A stretch of 64,000 nucleotides of DNA from the human T2T-CHM13v2.0 reference genome, Homo sapiens. The first letter of the stretch is position 1. Every line of letters begins with the position of its first letter. The translations under genes were made by a program, and so were the position numbers. The DNA is taken from the NCBI RefSeq assembly GCF_009914755.1, contig NC_060927.1; one strand, 5' to 3'. This document shows, in pieces, positions 40,200-53,588 of this stretch. The notes under the pieces were generated by a model, which was given only the letters and a program-made list of their open reading frames with translations, searched no databases and was not told where the DNA came from.

Positions 40200-43100
40200 T
40201 TTATTTAAATGTACAAAATTGTATATATTTATTGTGTACAATATACTTTGTGAAATGGCCAGATCAAGTGATCAAGATATGTATTACCTCGCATTCTTAT
40301 TAATTTTTGTAGTGAGAACACTTAAAATGTGCTCCGTTAGCAGTTTTCAAGAATAATACATTGTTATTAAATATAGTCGCTATGTTGTACAATATATGTC
40401 TTGAACTTATTCCTCCTATCTCACTGAAATTCTGTATCCTTTGATCAATGTCTCTCTAACACCTCATCCCGCCAACACTGCCCCAGCCCCTGGTAATCAC
40501 CATTCTACTCTCTGTTTTTATGAGTTTGACCTTTTTAGATTCCACATGCAAGTGAGATCATGTGGTACAGGCATACTTTGAAGATATTGCAATTTCTGTT
40601 CCAGACTACCACAATAAAGTGAGTCATATGAATTTTCTGGCTTCCTGTGCATATGAAAGTTATGTTTATACTATAGTGTAGCTTATTCAGTGTACGTATT
40701 ATATTTAAAACAAATGTACTTATCTTGAATAAAAATACTTTATTATATTATTGCTAAAATTGCCAACAATCATTTAAGCCTTTAGTGGGTTGTCATCTTT
40801 TTGCTGGTGGAGGTTCTTTCCTCGTTGATGATGGCTGCTGACTGATCAGATGGTGGCTGCTAAAGGTTGGGGTGGCTGTGGCGATTTCTTAAAGTAAGTC
40901 AGTAATGAATTTGCCACATCGATTGACTCCTCTTTTCCCTAAAGATTTCTCTATAGCATGCAATGTTGTTTGATAACATTTTATCCACAGCGGAACTTTC
41001 AAAATAGGAGTCAATCATATCGAACTTTATCAACGACATTTATGTCTTATCTAAATCCTTTGCTGTCATTTCAACAATGTTCATAGGATCTTCATCAGGA
41101 GTAGATACCATTTAAAGAAACTACTTTCTTTGCTCATCCATAAGAAGGAACTCTTCACCCAGTCAAGTTTTATCATAAAATTGCAGCAATTAAATCACAT
41201 CTTCAGGCTTCACTTCTAATTCTAGTTCTCTTACTATTTCTACCAACTCTGCAGTTACTTCCTCCACTGAATTTTTGGACCCCTTCAAAGTCATCCAGGA
41301 GGGCTAGAATGAACTTCTTCTAAACTCCCATTAATGTTGTTATTTTGACTTCTTCCCATGAATCATAAGTGTTGTTAATGGCATCTAGAATAGTGAATCC
41401 TTCCCAGAAGGTTTTCAGTTGACTTTGCCCAGGTCCATTAACAGAATCATCTATAGCAGCTATAGCCCTGTGAAATGTATTTCTAAAATAATATTACTTG
41501 AAAGTTGAAATTACTCCTTGATCCATGGGCTGCAGAATGGTTAGCAGGCATAAAAACATTAGTCTTGCACACTTTCATCAAGCTCTTGAGTGACTAGAAG
41601 AGCCTTGTCAATAAGCAATTATATTTTAAAATGAATCTTTTTTTTCTGAGCAGTAGGTCTCAACAGTGGGCTTAAAATATTCAGTAAACCCTGCTGTAAA
41701 CAGTTGTGCTGTCATCCACGCTTTGTTGCCTCATTGATAGAGCACAGGCAGAGAAAATTAGCATAATTCTTAAAGGCCCTAGGATATTTCGGAATAGTAA
41801 ATGAATCTTGGCTTCAAATTAAAGTCACCAGCTGCATTAGCTCCTAACAAGAGAGTCAGATTATTATTCTTTGAAACTTTGAAGCCAGGCATTTACTTCT
41901 GTTTAGCTATTAACAGCCTAGATGACATCTTCTTCCAATAGAAGGCTGTTTCATCTGCATTGAAAATCTGTTGTTTAGTGTAGCTACCTTTAGCAATGAT
42001 TTTAGCTAGGTCTTCTGGATAACATGCTGCAGTTTTTCCACCAGCACTTGCTGCTTTACCTTGCACTTTTAAGTTAAGGAGACAACTTCTTTCCTTAAAC
42101 CTCATGAACCAACCTCTGCTAGGTTCCAACTTTTCTTTTGTAGCTTCCTCACCTCTTTCTCAGCCTTCTTATAATTGAAGACAGTTAAGGCCTTACCCTG
42201 GATTAGGCTTTAGTTTAAGAGAATGTGGTGGCTGGTTTGATCTTGTATCCAGACCTCTAAAACTTTCTCCATATCAGCAATAGCACTCTTTTGCTTTCTT
42301 ATCATTTGTGTGTTCATTAGAGTAGCATTATACATTTCCTTCAAGAACTTTTTATTTGCATTCACAACTTGGTTAACTGTTTGGCATAGGAGGCCTAGCT
42401 TTTGGCCAATCTCAGCTTTTGACACGCCTTTCTAACTAAGCTTAATCATTTCTATTAATAGCTTTTGATTTAAGTGAGGGATGTGAGACTCTTCCTTTCA
42501 TTTGAATAGCTTAGAGGTCATTGCAGGGTTAATAATTGGCCTAATTTCCATATTATTGTATCTTAGGGTATAGGGAGGCCTGAGAAGATGGAAAGAAACA
42601 GAGAATCAGCTGGTTGGTGGACCAGTCAGAGCACACACATTTAATGAGTTCACCGTTTTATACAGGTGCAGTTTGTGGCACCCCAAAACAATAACAATAA
42701 CAATTGTAAAATCAAAGATCACTGATCACAGATCACCATAAAAGATATAATAATAATAAAAACATTTGAAATATTGAGAGAATTACCAAAATGTGACACA
42801 CAGACACAAAGTGAGCACATGCTGTTGGAAAGATGGTGCCAATAGACTTGCTCCACACTGGGTTGCCACAAACCTTCAATTTATAAAAAAACCCGCTATC
42901 TGCAGAGTAGAAAAAAGCAAAGTATAATAAATTAAGATATACCTGTATTTGTCTTTCTGTGCCTGGCTTATTTCACTTAATATAATGTCCTCTGATTTCA
43001 TTCATGTTGTCACAAATGACAGGATTTTCTTCTGTTTTAAGGTTGACTAGTATTCCATTGTTTGTACCTCATTTTCTTCATCCATTCATCCCTTGATGGA

Positions 43101-43630
43101 CACCTAGGTTGACTTCATGTCTTGGCTATTGTGAATAATGCTGCAATAAACATGGAAGTATGGCTGTCTCTTTGACATACTGATTTTATTTCCTTTACAT
43201 ATATACCTAGAAGTGGGATTGCTGGATCACAGGATAATTCTCTATTTAACTTTTTGAGGACGCTTCATACTGTTTTCCGTAGTGGCTGTACTAATTTACA
43301 TTACCACTACAGCGTGCAAGTGTTCCCTTTCCTCCACATCCTCATCAACACTTATCTTTTGTCTTTTTGATAATAGCCATTCTAACAGGTATGAAGTGAT
43401 ATCTTATTGTGGTTTTAATTTGCATTTGTCTGATGGTTAGTGATGCTGAGCATTTTTTTCATATGCCTATTGGCCATTTGTGTGCCTTGTTTTGAGAAAT
43501 ATCTATTCAGATTCTTTTCTCATTTATTAAATGGTTTGTTTTCTTACTATTGAGTTTGTCTGAGTTTCTTATATATTTTGCATATTAACTCCCTATCGGA
43601 TATATGGTTTGCAAGTAGCTTTTCCCATGA
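40200..43630 (-). mobile_element. L1MA 3' region, split by Tigger1
   Basis: L1 text rejoins across the insertion: 'gtgagatcatgtggTA' ... 'TAtttgtctttctgtgcctggcttatttcactt'. Confidence 0.9.
40568..42945 (-). mobile_element. Near full-length Tigger1 DNA transposon with decayed transposase
   Basis: TA target duplication; ends 'caggcatac' and 'atatacctg'; minus ORFs 42210-42425 ([13 protein letters not shown]...) and 41893-42129 ([11 protein letters not shown]...[14 protein letters not shown]); about 2.38 kb. Confidence 0.95.
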
Positions 43631-43925
43631 CATAAATATTTTTGTACTTGAACTTAGCAAAAGTTAGACCAATATAAAAAGGCATTATTATTAAATGGGT
43701 ACACAAATTTTACCACCACCATCTTGAGAAATATATAATGAGAAGATTTTAAGTGTTAATTTAAAATGTTTGTTTCTTAAGAATTACATGGTAATAATAA
43801 TAGTAAGAATAATAGTAAGAATAGTAAGAATTACATGGCAATAATCATGATAATAACAACCATTTATTAAGTAATTGTAATTACTTTGCATTAGGTATTA
43901 TATTAGGTACTTCATCAAGATTATT

Positions 43926-44375
43926 ATTATTTTTTAAAGCTGGTATGAATATATTAATACCAAACAAAGTAGACTTTAAGGCAACAAGCATCCCTAGAGA
44001 TAAAGAATAACACTTCATAATAATAACAGTTTCAATTTTCCAGGAAGATTTAACAATTCCAAATTTGCATTTATCAATTATACATCCTGATATGATATAA
44101 GAACAAATGGAGACAACTGCATGAAAAAATGGTTAAAGCCAAAACATAGTAAAAAAGTTCTAACATTCTTTTAAATAAAATAAGCTGGCAAAAAAATAAA
44201 AAATATATGGAAAATTTGAACTATAAAATTAACCAAGTGACCTGATGAACATATATAGAATACTATATTCAAAAACTGTAAAGTATACTTAATTTTAAAG
44301 ACACGAATGATAAACATAAAATATAGAAAGAAAGCTAGAAATCAATATGAATATAACCTTACATTTTAAATCTTA
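43926..44375 (+). mobile_element. Internal L1M ORF2 endonuclease-region fragment inside a MIR
   Basis: 'acaaagtagactttaaggcaa...agagataaaga...caggaagatttaacaatt'; flanked by caagattatt repeats; MIR halves at about 43850-43925 and 44376-44525. Confidence 0.65.
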
Positions 44376-45120
44376 CAAGATTATTTTATTAATCCTCCAA
44401 ACAATCATGTGAGGTTAATATGTTCATTAGGAGGGGACTAACATTTGGAGTGGTAAACACTTTGCAAGGATCTTATGGCTGGTAAGGTGATTAAGCTAGG
44501 ATCTGAGGCGAAGTCTGACTCCAAACTGTGTTCTTCAGTTTTTTATCTGTTTCATTGTTTAATTTGTATTTTTGTTATTGCTAGCTACATTAAGCATTTT
44601 TCATTTATTTATTTCCTCTTGTAGAATTAACTGTTTGTGTTTTGCTAGTTTATTTATTGGAATATTGATGATTTTTCTCATCAGTTTGTATGATCTTATG
44701 TACTATAGATGGATACCCTCTGTGAATAATATTTGTTGAAAATATTGGTCTATTTCTCTTTTAGATTGTTTTTGTTATAAATATCGAATTCTTATATTAC
44801 TATTTTTTCCTTCATAACTTTTTCTAATTAACTGAAGCCTCATTATTATTCTTCAAAAGAGCTGATATGCTTTTCTATCTAATCAAATTGAATACAATTA
44901 TGCCTTGGTATCTGTGGGGGATTGGTTCCAGAACCCCATCTCCCTGCATATAGCAGAATCCCTGCATACTCAAGTCCCACAAGTCCCGCAGTTGACCTGA
45001 GAAATCTGCTTATAGGAAAAGCTGGTCTTCCATATCCATGAGTTTCCCATTCCGTGAATACCGTATTTTTGATCTGCCTTTGGTTGTGGATGTGGAACCC
45101 GTGGATACGCAGGGCTGACT

Positions 45121-45452
45121 TTATTTATTTATTTATTTATTTAGTTAGTTAGTTAGTTAGTTATTTAGTTTTTGAGACAGAGTCTTGCTCTGTCACCCAG
45201 GCTGGAGTGCAGTGGCGTGATCTTGGCTCACTGCAACTTCTGCCTCCCAGGTTTAAGCAATTCTCTGCCTCAGCCTCCCGAGTAGCTGGGATTACAGACA
45301 TGTGCCACCACACCAGGCTAATTTTTGTATTTTTAGTAGAGACGGGGTTTCACCATCTTGACCAGGTTGGTCTTGAACCCCTGACCTCGTGATCCACCCA
45401 GCTCGGTGTCCCAAAGTGCTGGGATTATAGGTGTGAGCCACTGGGCCCGGCC
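45121..45452 (-). mobile_element. AluS-like SINE with (TTTA)n/(TTAG)n tail
   Basis: Full dimer; TSD ggctgact. Confidence 0.95.
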
Positions 45453-45653
45453 AAGGCTGACTATATTTATTTTAAAAGTTCTGTGGATTTTCTTCTTTCT
45501 CTGCTACCCTTGATATGGTAAGATCAAGCCCTCCTCTTCCTCCTCCTCAGCCTACTCAATATGAAGATCATGATGACGAAGATCTTCATGAGGATCCACT
45601 TCCACCTAATACCTAATAAACATATTTTCTCTTCCTCATGATTTTCTTCATAT

Positions 45654-45780
45654 CTTTTTAAAAGAGATGGGGGTTCCCACTATGTTGCCCAGGCTGGTCT
45701 TGAACTCCTAGGCTCAAGTGATCCTCCCATCTTGGCCTCCTAAAGTGCTGGGATTACAGGTGTGAGCTACCACACCCTGC
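45654..45780 (-). mobile_element. FLAM_C / AluJ left monomer
   Basis: 'ctatgttgcccaggctggtcttgaactcctaggctcaagtgatcctccc'. Confidence 0.85.
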
Positions 45781-47429
45781 ATCTGATTTTCTTTTTCTTT
45801 TTTAAAAATTAAAAATAAGAATCATGATTTTCTTAATAACATTTTTTTCTAGCTTACTTTATTGTAAGAGTCCAGTATATAATACACATTACATACAAAA
45901 TATGTGTTAATCAACTGTTTATAGTATTAATAAGGCTTCTGGTCAACAGTAGGTTATTAGTAGTTAAGTTTTCAGGGAGTCAAAAGTCATATGTGAATTT
46001 TCAACTGTGGGGGTGGGGTGGGGAGTGGGGTAGGATTGGTGCCCCAACCCCTGCATTATTCAAAGGTCAACTCTGTGTTGTATATACACACTATATATAT
46101 ATAATATATATATTCAATATATTCACTATACACACACACACACATCTTTTGCTATACTGGCTCTTTTGGAGGTAAAAAGAGAAAACCGATATAGTAGTAT
46201 TCTAGCAAATGAATGCAGAAGTTGGGGTTGTGTGAGGGAAGAAATGAACATGTATAGAGTGTATGCTGTGTGTTTGGCATTTTACATATAAAGCATGACG
46301 TCTGTTTAGGAACCTTTCCTATTAACCCCCTCTTGTTACGGGAAGGGCCTAAAGTTAGGTGGTTGCAATTGAAGAAGGAAAAAATGGAAGCAGTAATACA
46401 AGCTCAGGTAACCTCTACATCTTTCCTTTTCTCTTTATGCCACATGTTAAGTGTTAAACCCTATATCAGATGCAAAATTTTGAAGAATCCCTAGTGATTT
46501 TGGATTTTACATAAAAACCATTATTTTCTGGCAAAAAAGTGCTACTTGAATAAATAATTCAGGTAAAAGCAGATTTATACTTTTGGAATAAATTGTGGAC
46601 TTTTAGAATTAATTTTAGCTGAATATGCTACTTATGAGATTATTGTCTACTGAACCAGAGGAGCCATACTGACATTTATCTATGGTGATCTTAAGCATTT
46701 TTATGAATTTATGTTTTGGGGAAGACATCATTGGAGTAAATTATGCACCTCTGCTCTTTAGCTGTCATCTATAGCTGATTGCTTCTCTTCTGGTTTGTAT
46801 GACCTGTTCCAAAGGCAGTTCATGTTGGAGATGGAAGAACAGAGTAAAACCCACAATTGGCCTCCCTTTAACTAGTCAAACTAGTTAACCCAGTTACCTT
46901 TACAGTGTGGGTGACAATGTTTTATGATATTTGAAGGATCTAAGGAAACAATAAATATGATAATGGGTGACATTTTAATGGAAACCTATTGTTTACACAC
47001 ACTTTCACCATACATTATTTAATTTTTATAAAGAATAAAAGAATTATCTTGAAAGTAGAATCTGACTTCAGTTGTGTTATGCAATGCTGGAATTAGCAGA
47101 AAAGAAGGCTTAGAGTTGTCCAGTTACAAACTTCAGATACAAAGGGTTTCTGACATAGTAGAAATTCTCCATCTCAACTTAGGAAAGGAAAAAACAAACA
47201 CATGGACAAACAAATAGGGACAAAAACTGAAAAATGAGGAAGAAATTCCTTATGCTGAAGACTGAATGTCAGGAGGAAGTTTCAGCATTTCTTCCCCCAT
47301 TTGAATTTACTCTTTGGAATGATTCTTAAATATTTAAGCCTGATAGCTAGAAACTGAAAAATCGACACTCCCAAGTCATGTGTAGATTTTTAAGTAGTGA
47401 CTCTTCTCCTTTCAAGGTTGATGATGATG

Positions 47430-47650
47430 ATGATGAAGTTAATGTTTACTGAGACTTACCATGGATCACATACTGTGCTGACAGGTTTACAGGAAATATG
47501 CCATAATCTTTCCAATAACCTGATTAAACAAACCCTACTATCTCCATTTTCAAACAAGGGAAAATGAAGCGTAGAGAGGTTAATCGACAGCTAGTGAGTG
47601 GGTGAACTGACTGGATATCAGATTAACTGACTCCAAAGTCTGCATATTTA
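47430..47650 (-). mobile_element. MIR SINE
   Basis: 'tttactgagacttaccatg...tctccattttcaaac...agagaggttaa...tgactccaaagtc'. Confidence 0.65.
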
Positions 47651-47670
47651 ATGATTATACTTTACTACAG

Positions 47671-48480
47671 GGCAGACATTAAGGATATTGTAGCAGAGTT
47701 GTCTGAACAAAAATGTCGCTATTTTGCAATACATTCTAATCAGGTGAGCTGCTCGGTCAAATTTCCGACAGATCACTATTCATGTTAGTGGCCTTTGTGA
47801 AGCAGCCTGCAACACCTCGTGTCATGCAAGCCATTCGGCTGAGTTCACTTCTCCACTAGACCGCTGAGAAAGCTCACGGTGCCTCCACGAGGCAGTCAAC
47901 ATGGCTCGAAGTGAGGAGGCTGAGCCCACTCAGCAGCAGCCCTGTCATCTCAATGTTTGGCTTTGTTGCTATTACTGGTCATGTCTATTTTATGGATGAA
48001 AAACCTGAGGTTCACAGAGATTTTATCAAATGTTTTTATTAAGTTGTTATTTTTGTTAGAGACCAGATGACAACATTTTGGATTTGAAGAAATTTTTGTT
48101 AAACATAAACAGCATGAAAAATAAAGGTCTCAAGACCTCCCTTGACCTTCCAGCTACTCTGGAAACTCAATAAACACTAGAACATTAATCAATCTAGATA
48201 ATTTCTTTAAGAGTAAGAAGCTTTCTATATGTGGCTCTATTCTAGAAACACTGGGTTCTAATAGAGAAGAGATATTCCTCTGGAGAGTTTTTTTTTTTTC
48301 TCTTCTCAGAATGGTGGCTTCCTTTTTCTTGCCTTTTGAGAAAATGTGTGTTCTGTCAGCAGCTATGAGCACAGATCTGGGTGCCGATCAAGACTTTGAC
48401 GTGAGGCCTGAGAAAACGCAGAACTGAGGTAAATAGTTCCAGGAAACACTATACAGCCTGTCACGATGTTCTGCGGTATT
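47671..48480 (+). promoter_or_regulatory. CpG-retaining unique segment, candidate cis-regulatory element with candidate exons
   Basis: 9 CpGs in about 47716-47909 against a CpG-poor background; not a repeat I recognise; splice-like motifs nearby. Confidence 0.35.
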
Positions 48481-48779
48481 TCAAATGTTTTAGAAAAAGG
48501 TGAACTTGAGGTGAATATGAAAAAGATAAAGGTTCATTTTAGTCTGGGAAACAGAAAATTCTGGAAAGCAAAAACTGAATTTTTATTTTCAGTGTTATAT
48601 AAGCATAGCTTTTTGCTTTCATTAAAAAGAGGAAACATTAGTGAACTTGAGTTTGGGGCACACGTCGAATAAAAGCTAAGTCTGTTATCATGAACCTCAA
48701 AGTTCTTCATCATTTGGCTTCACTGATTGCATTGACTACCACTCTCCCCCTCCCTCACAGCTCTCTTGTCAAACAGGCC

Positions 48780-49400
48780 TTCATTAATTTCCTTGTACAC
48801 TTGCTTTAACCTAAGGAACTTTTGCATTTGCTGTTCCCTCTGCCTGAAGTGCCCTTCCTGCCCTTCACATAGTGGATTTATTCTCACCCTTCAGGTCACA
48901 GCTTAAATGTTGTCTCCTTGGAACACCATTGCTAGACCACCCTAGTCAGCCGCTGTGCCTCCCCTGCCCCTCCATCTTGTGTGCTCATCTGTGGCTCTCC
49001 TCTCCTTTGGGACACATGGGAAAAGTGTACTTTCTTGACACCCTTACAGGTGGGTAGGACTCTGGGACAAGTGTTGACCAACAGGACATAAAAGTGATGT
49101 GATGGTGCAGTCTCATTACCCTTGGTGTTGTCCAGGCATGAGAGCAACATGGACCAGAGCCCCTGGCAATGTGTGGCATATAAATGCATGAGTAAGAAAG
49201 CAAAACACAGAAAACACAACTTTGTTAAGACACGATATTTTTGGGATTGTTTGTTATTAAAACGTAACTGCTCCCATCCTATCTAAAACATTACCATATT
49301 TTATTTTCTTCAGAGCACTTTCTCCTTTTTGAAATCATTTCTCATTTATTTATTTATCATTAATCTATCCCCCGCCCCTACATTGTCAGGTACATTTGTA
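48780..49400 (+). mobile_element. L2 fragment interrupted by an old MLT1 LTR (about 48955-49270)
   Basis: L2 'tttgcatttgctgttccctctgcctg...ccttcaggtcacagcttaaatg'; MLT1 end 'ttttgggattgtttgttatta...cctatctaaaaca'. Confidence 0.6.
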
Positions 49401-51983
49401 GATACACAATACACTAAATGATTAACTTTTCATGGGGTCTGTGGATCCTCATCAATCTCAAACAATCTTTAAAAAGCCTTTCAGAATAGCCCTTAGGCCG
49501 TCTGCTAACTACTTAGTCCTGAATCTGGTAAATAAAGAGATGTCCATTGATGGCCCTTGTTGAAATAGGCGAGGTGCCCATTACCTCAGTGCTCTCCCTG
49601 CCTCATCCATTTATCCTGATAGAGGAAAGCTGCCTAACTAATTCTGGAAAGTCTATAAACTGAGCAGGACCAGACAGAATGAATATTGTTTCCAGTTCCT
49701 AATGAGGGTCTCCTCCAAATACGTACTCTAGGAAGGAAGAAGGCATGTGTTTCCAGAGTCTACACAGGTTATGTTCTCTACCATATGTTCTCCCCCTGCC
49801 TTGACCTACTCATTCAGATAGACTGAATCAACTGACTCCTTCCAAATGGCACATACAAGGAAAGTTTGTGTTTTCTACCACGCTAAGAATTGAACTAATC
49901 AACACCTTTGTGATTTTCCTTTTTACTTGGAGTCCTTAGAGGCTTTGTTCCATGCCAGTCTCTCCTGGCTGCTATGGCCCCGGTGCTCTGGCTTCAAGGC
50001 TCAAGACTGGGTGGACTTTCTGGGCTCACTGGCTTCTGGCTCTGCTCTCCCACTGCCACTTCCCAAGCACCCCACTAGGCTCAGCTACCTGTACGGTTGG
50101 AGGTGATCTCTGAGCAAGTATGGGTATTGGTCATGCACTGCCTTCCAAAGATGGAAGAACCTCACATATGGGTGACACTACTCTACTCCTCTTTGCTCCC
50201 TAAAATTACCTTTGTCTCCTGCTAGGAACTGGGATAAACCATGTTATATATTACTTTCAAGTTTTCCTTTACTTACGCTGTTCCTTCTTACCTTTCATTG
50301 ATCGGTTAATTCCTAATTATTTTCTAAGACTTGGCTCAGGCATTGTATTCTAAGCATGTGTCCTATTGGGTTAAAAACCCCTCCTCTGTGGCCCAAACAG
50401 CACCCCAGAAGTACTTCTGTTTAATTACCTATCATAAAGTACTAAATGATGTGTTTACTTCTCTCTTACTGGACAGTGAGTTCTCCAGTGGCAGGGATTT
50501 TATCTTATTTATCTTTTTACTTTCCATGCTTGATGCATATGAGAAAGTCTATGAAAGTCTGATGAGAGACTCCTATTCAATTCAACATTTCAACCTATTG
50601 ATTCATTAAAAATTTACTGAGGGCCTGCTGTACACCTGAGGGCCTGCATAATCATTAGGACCAGCCTTAATTCAATTCAAATCTGTTCTAGGTCTTGGCT
50701 GAATCCGCATTTTTAAGCAAGCACTTCAGGTAATAGGCAAGAGAAACACGATGACCCGAACCATTGCAGCTCACCAGCCTTGCCTTGGATATGTTAACTC
50801 TGTAAAAACACCTTTAAGGAATGTCTCCATCTAGAAAATAAAGGGGTTGCATGGCATCAGACATTTCTAAATTGTGTTCCCTGAAGTGTTGCAGGGGTTG
50901 GTGAGAGGAATGAGGATGAGAAATTATTGAGTTGACCTTTGTCTGTTTCCCCCTTCCCCTGCTCCCGCTTCTACCAGAGCATCTCCTCTTTTATCTGTTT
51001 TATATATTGAAGGTTCTAGATAATATTTCATTTGAAGAGGGATTTGTTGCTTTTAAATAAGTTTTTAAAATTTTGATAAAAATTACGTATTTTCCAAAGG
51101 CCTTTCTGCTTCTAGTGTTCTAAGAATTTAAGGGCTTTTTGTGTTCAAAGTACTGTGTGGGGCACAGGGCACAATAGGGCATGTGAAGATGAAGACATTG
51201 CCTTTGACCTCCCTGGAACTGACAATTTAGCAGAAGAAACAGACTTGCGTTAATGATATCAGGAAATCTGAATAAAGGTAGTGGAAAAAGGGCGGGGAAG
51301 AGAGTACTAAGTGTGAGCTGCCTGTGGGAATCACCCATAAATGCAAGCCTGGTTGTATGGTCCCTATCCAACCCCATCCTAATAGCCTGATTGGTGACTG
51401 GGACCTTTCCCAGGTCTTGACACAAGGCCCTTTCTGCTTCCCAATTGACTTTGACACCCCAGTTCTTAGCTTCTTGCTTTGATTTTTATTCCTCCATGGG
51501 ATGTTTAGTCAGATATATTCCATGTTCTTAGCATGTTCTTTATTAAAAATGTAGATGCCACATGTCTTGGCAATTTTAATTAGAAGTTGGGTACTATAAA
51601 GACATAGAATTTGCTCCAATGTCAAGAGCTTCAGAGATGAGAAATAATGACAGCTAAAGAATACCAGATTTATAGATTTTGGTATCCCTGGCCACCCTGC
51701 TACCTTAGATGGCTTGATTACTCTGTCTCACCCAGCAGAATTGATTCTCCATGGTTTCAATGTAGGCTCTGCCATTAATCATCTTTGGTCTTTGGGTTGA
51801 CATTTCACTTCTCTTGGCTTCAGCTTCTTCTATGTACAAATAGGTTATATGTTATTCTATTATATGTTTTCTTTTTGTCATGCATTTATTTAATCTAAAT
51901 TTCCAATTTTTAAAATATGCAACATAGTCATACACTTTAAAAATCACATTGTTAACATATTTACCATAAGTAACATAGTTACT

Positions 51984-52327
51984 TGTCTTGTTCTGTTTAA
52001 GCTGCTATAACAAATTACCTCAGACTGGGTAATTTATCAACAACAGAAATTTGTTTTCATAGATCTAGAGACTGAGGAATCCAAGATTAAGGGACCAGTA
52101 GATGCAGTGTCTGATGTGGGCCCATTCTTCATACATGGTGCCTAACATAGCAGGAGGGACAAACAAGCTCTCCTGGGCCTCTTTTATAAGGGCACTAATC
52201 CCATTCATGAGGGAAGAGCCCTCATAACCTAATCACCTGCCAGATACCATACCTGCCAACAACACTGCACTGGAGATTATGTTTTAACATATTAATTCTG
52301 GGGACACACAAACATTCAGACCATAAC
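51984..52327 (-). mobile_element. MSTD/MLT1A-like solo LTR inside L1MA
   Basis: 'gctgctataacaaattacctcagactgggtaattt', 'aagggcactaatcccattcatgag', 'aacattcagaccataac'. Confidence 0.85.
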
Positions 52328-53244
52328 TTTACCTTTTGTATGTCTTTGAGCAGTGAGAACATTTGAGATGTAATCTCTTAGCAGATTTCAAGTATATAAT
52401 ACACTATTATTAACTATTGTCAATATTCTACATTGATCTCCAGAACTTATTATTTATCCTGCATAACTGAAACTTTGTACCCTTTGACCATCTTCCCATT
52501 CCCTCCTCACCACCCCAGCCCCTGACAGTCACCATTCTACTCTCTGCTTCTATGAGTTTGACTTTTTTGGATTTCCCATAAAAGTGAGATCATGCAGTAT
52601 TTGTCTTTCTTTGTCTGGCTTATTTCACTTAGCATAATGTCATCCCGGTTCACCCATGTTGTCCTAAATGACAGGATGTCCTTCTTTTTAAGGCAGAATA
52701 ATATTCCATTGTATATATATTTACCACATTTTCTTTATTCATTTGTCCATTGATGAACACTTAGGCTGATTTCATATCTTGACTATTGTGAATAATGCTG
52801 CAGTGAACATGGGAGTGCAAATATCTCTTCAACATGCTGATTTAATGTCCTCCAGATATATACTTAGAAATGGGATCCATGAATAATATGGTAGTTTATT
52901 TTTAACATTTTGAGGAACCTGGATACTGTTTCCCACAATGGCTGTTCCAATGTATATTCCTACTAACAGCATACAAGTGTTTTCTTTTCTCCACATCCTT
53001 GCCATCACTTCTTATCTTTTGTCTTTTTGATAACAGTCATTCTAACAGGTATGAGATAATATCTCATTGTGGTTTTGATTTGCATTTACCTGATGATTAG
53101 TTATATTTAGCATTTTTCATGCACCCATTGGCTATTTGTATATGTCTTCTTTTGAGAAATGTCTATTCAAGTCCTTTGCTCATTTTTTAATTGGATTATT
53201 TGTTTTCTTGCTATTGGGTTGTCTTGGTTTTGTTTTACTACTTT

Positions 53245-53588
53245 GTTTTACCACCTGAGACTGGGTAACTTATAAAGAAGTTGATTTTTTCACAGTTCTG
53301 AAGGATAGGAAGTCCATGATCGAGGTGCGAGCGGATTCAGTATCTGGTGAAGCCTATCCTTCTGCTTCCAAGATGGTGTCTTGTTGCTGTCCTCACATGG
53401 TGGAAGGGAAAAAAAGGGACTATAGCACTCCCTTCCATCTCTTTTACAAGAGCACCAATCCCATTCATGAAGATGGAGTGCTTATGACTTAACTACTTCC
53501 CAAAATGTTCTGCCTCTTAATACCATCACATTGGGTATCAGCTTCCAACATATGAATTTTAAAGACATATATACATTGGAACTACAGC
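53245..53588 (-). mobile_element. MST-like solo LTR inside L1MA
   Basis: 'cctgagactgggtaacttataaagaa', 'gcttccaagatggtg', 'aatcccattcatga'. Confidence 0.8.

Larger units (their letters stand above)
44898..46073. mobile_element. Tigger2-family pieces (MER8/Tigger2b-like then Tigger2a-like) with two Alu insertions
   Basis: 'ggtatctgtgggggattggttccagaacccc', 'cctcagcctactcaatatgaagat', terminal 'ttcaaaggtcaact'. Confidence 0.8.

Noticed and set aside
41893-42425. Transposase ORFs as a domesticated TIGD-like gene
   Set aside because: Fragmented by stops and frameshifts inside an ordinary Tigger1 copy.
43778-43845. taagaattacatgg repeat with tagtaagaa stutters
   Set aside because: Slippage in a MIR tail; low complexity.
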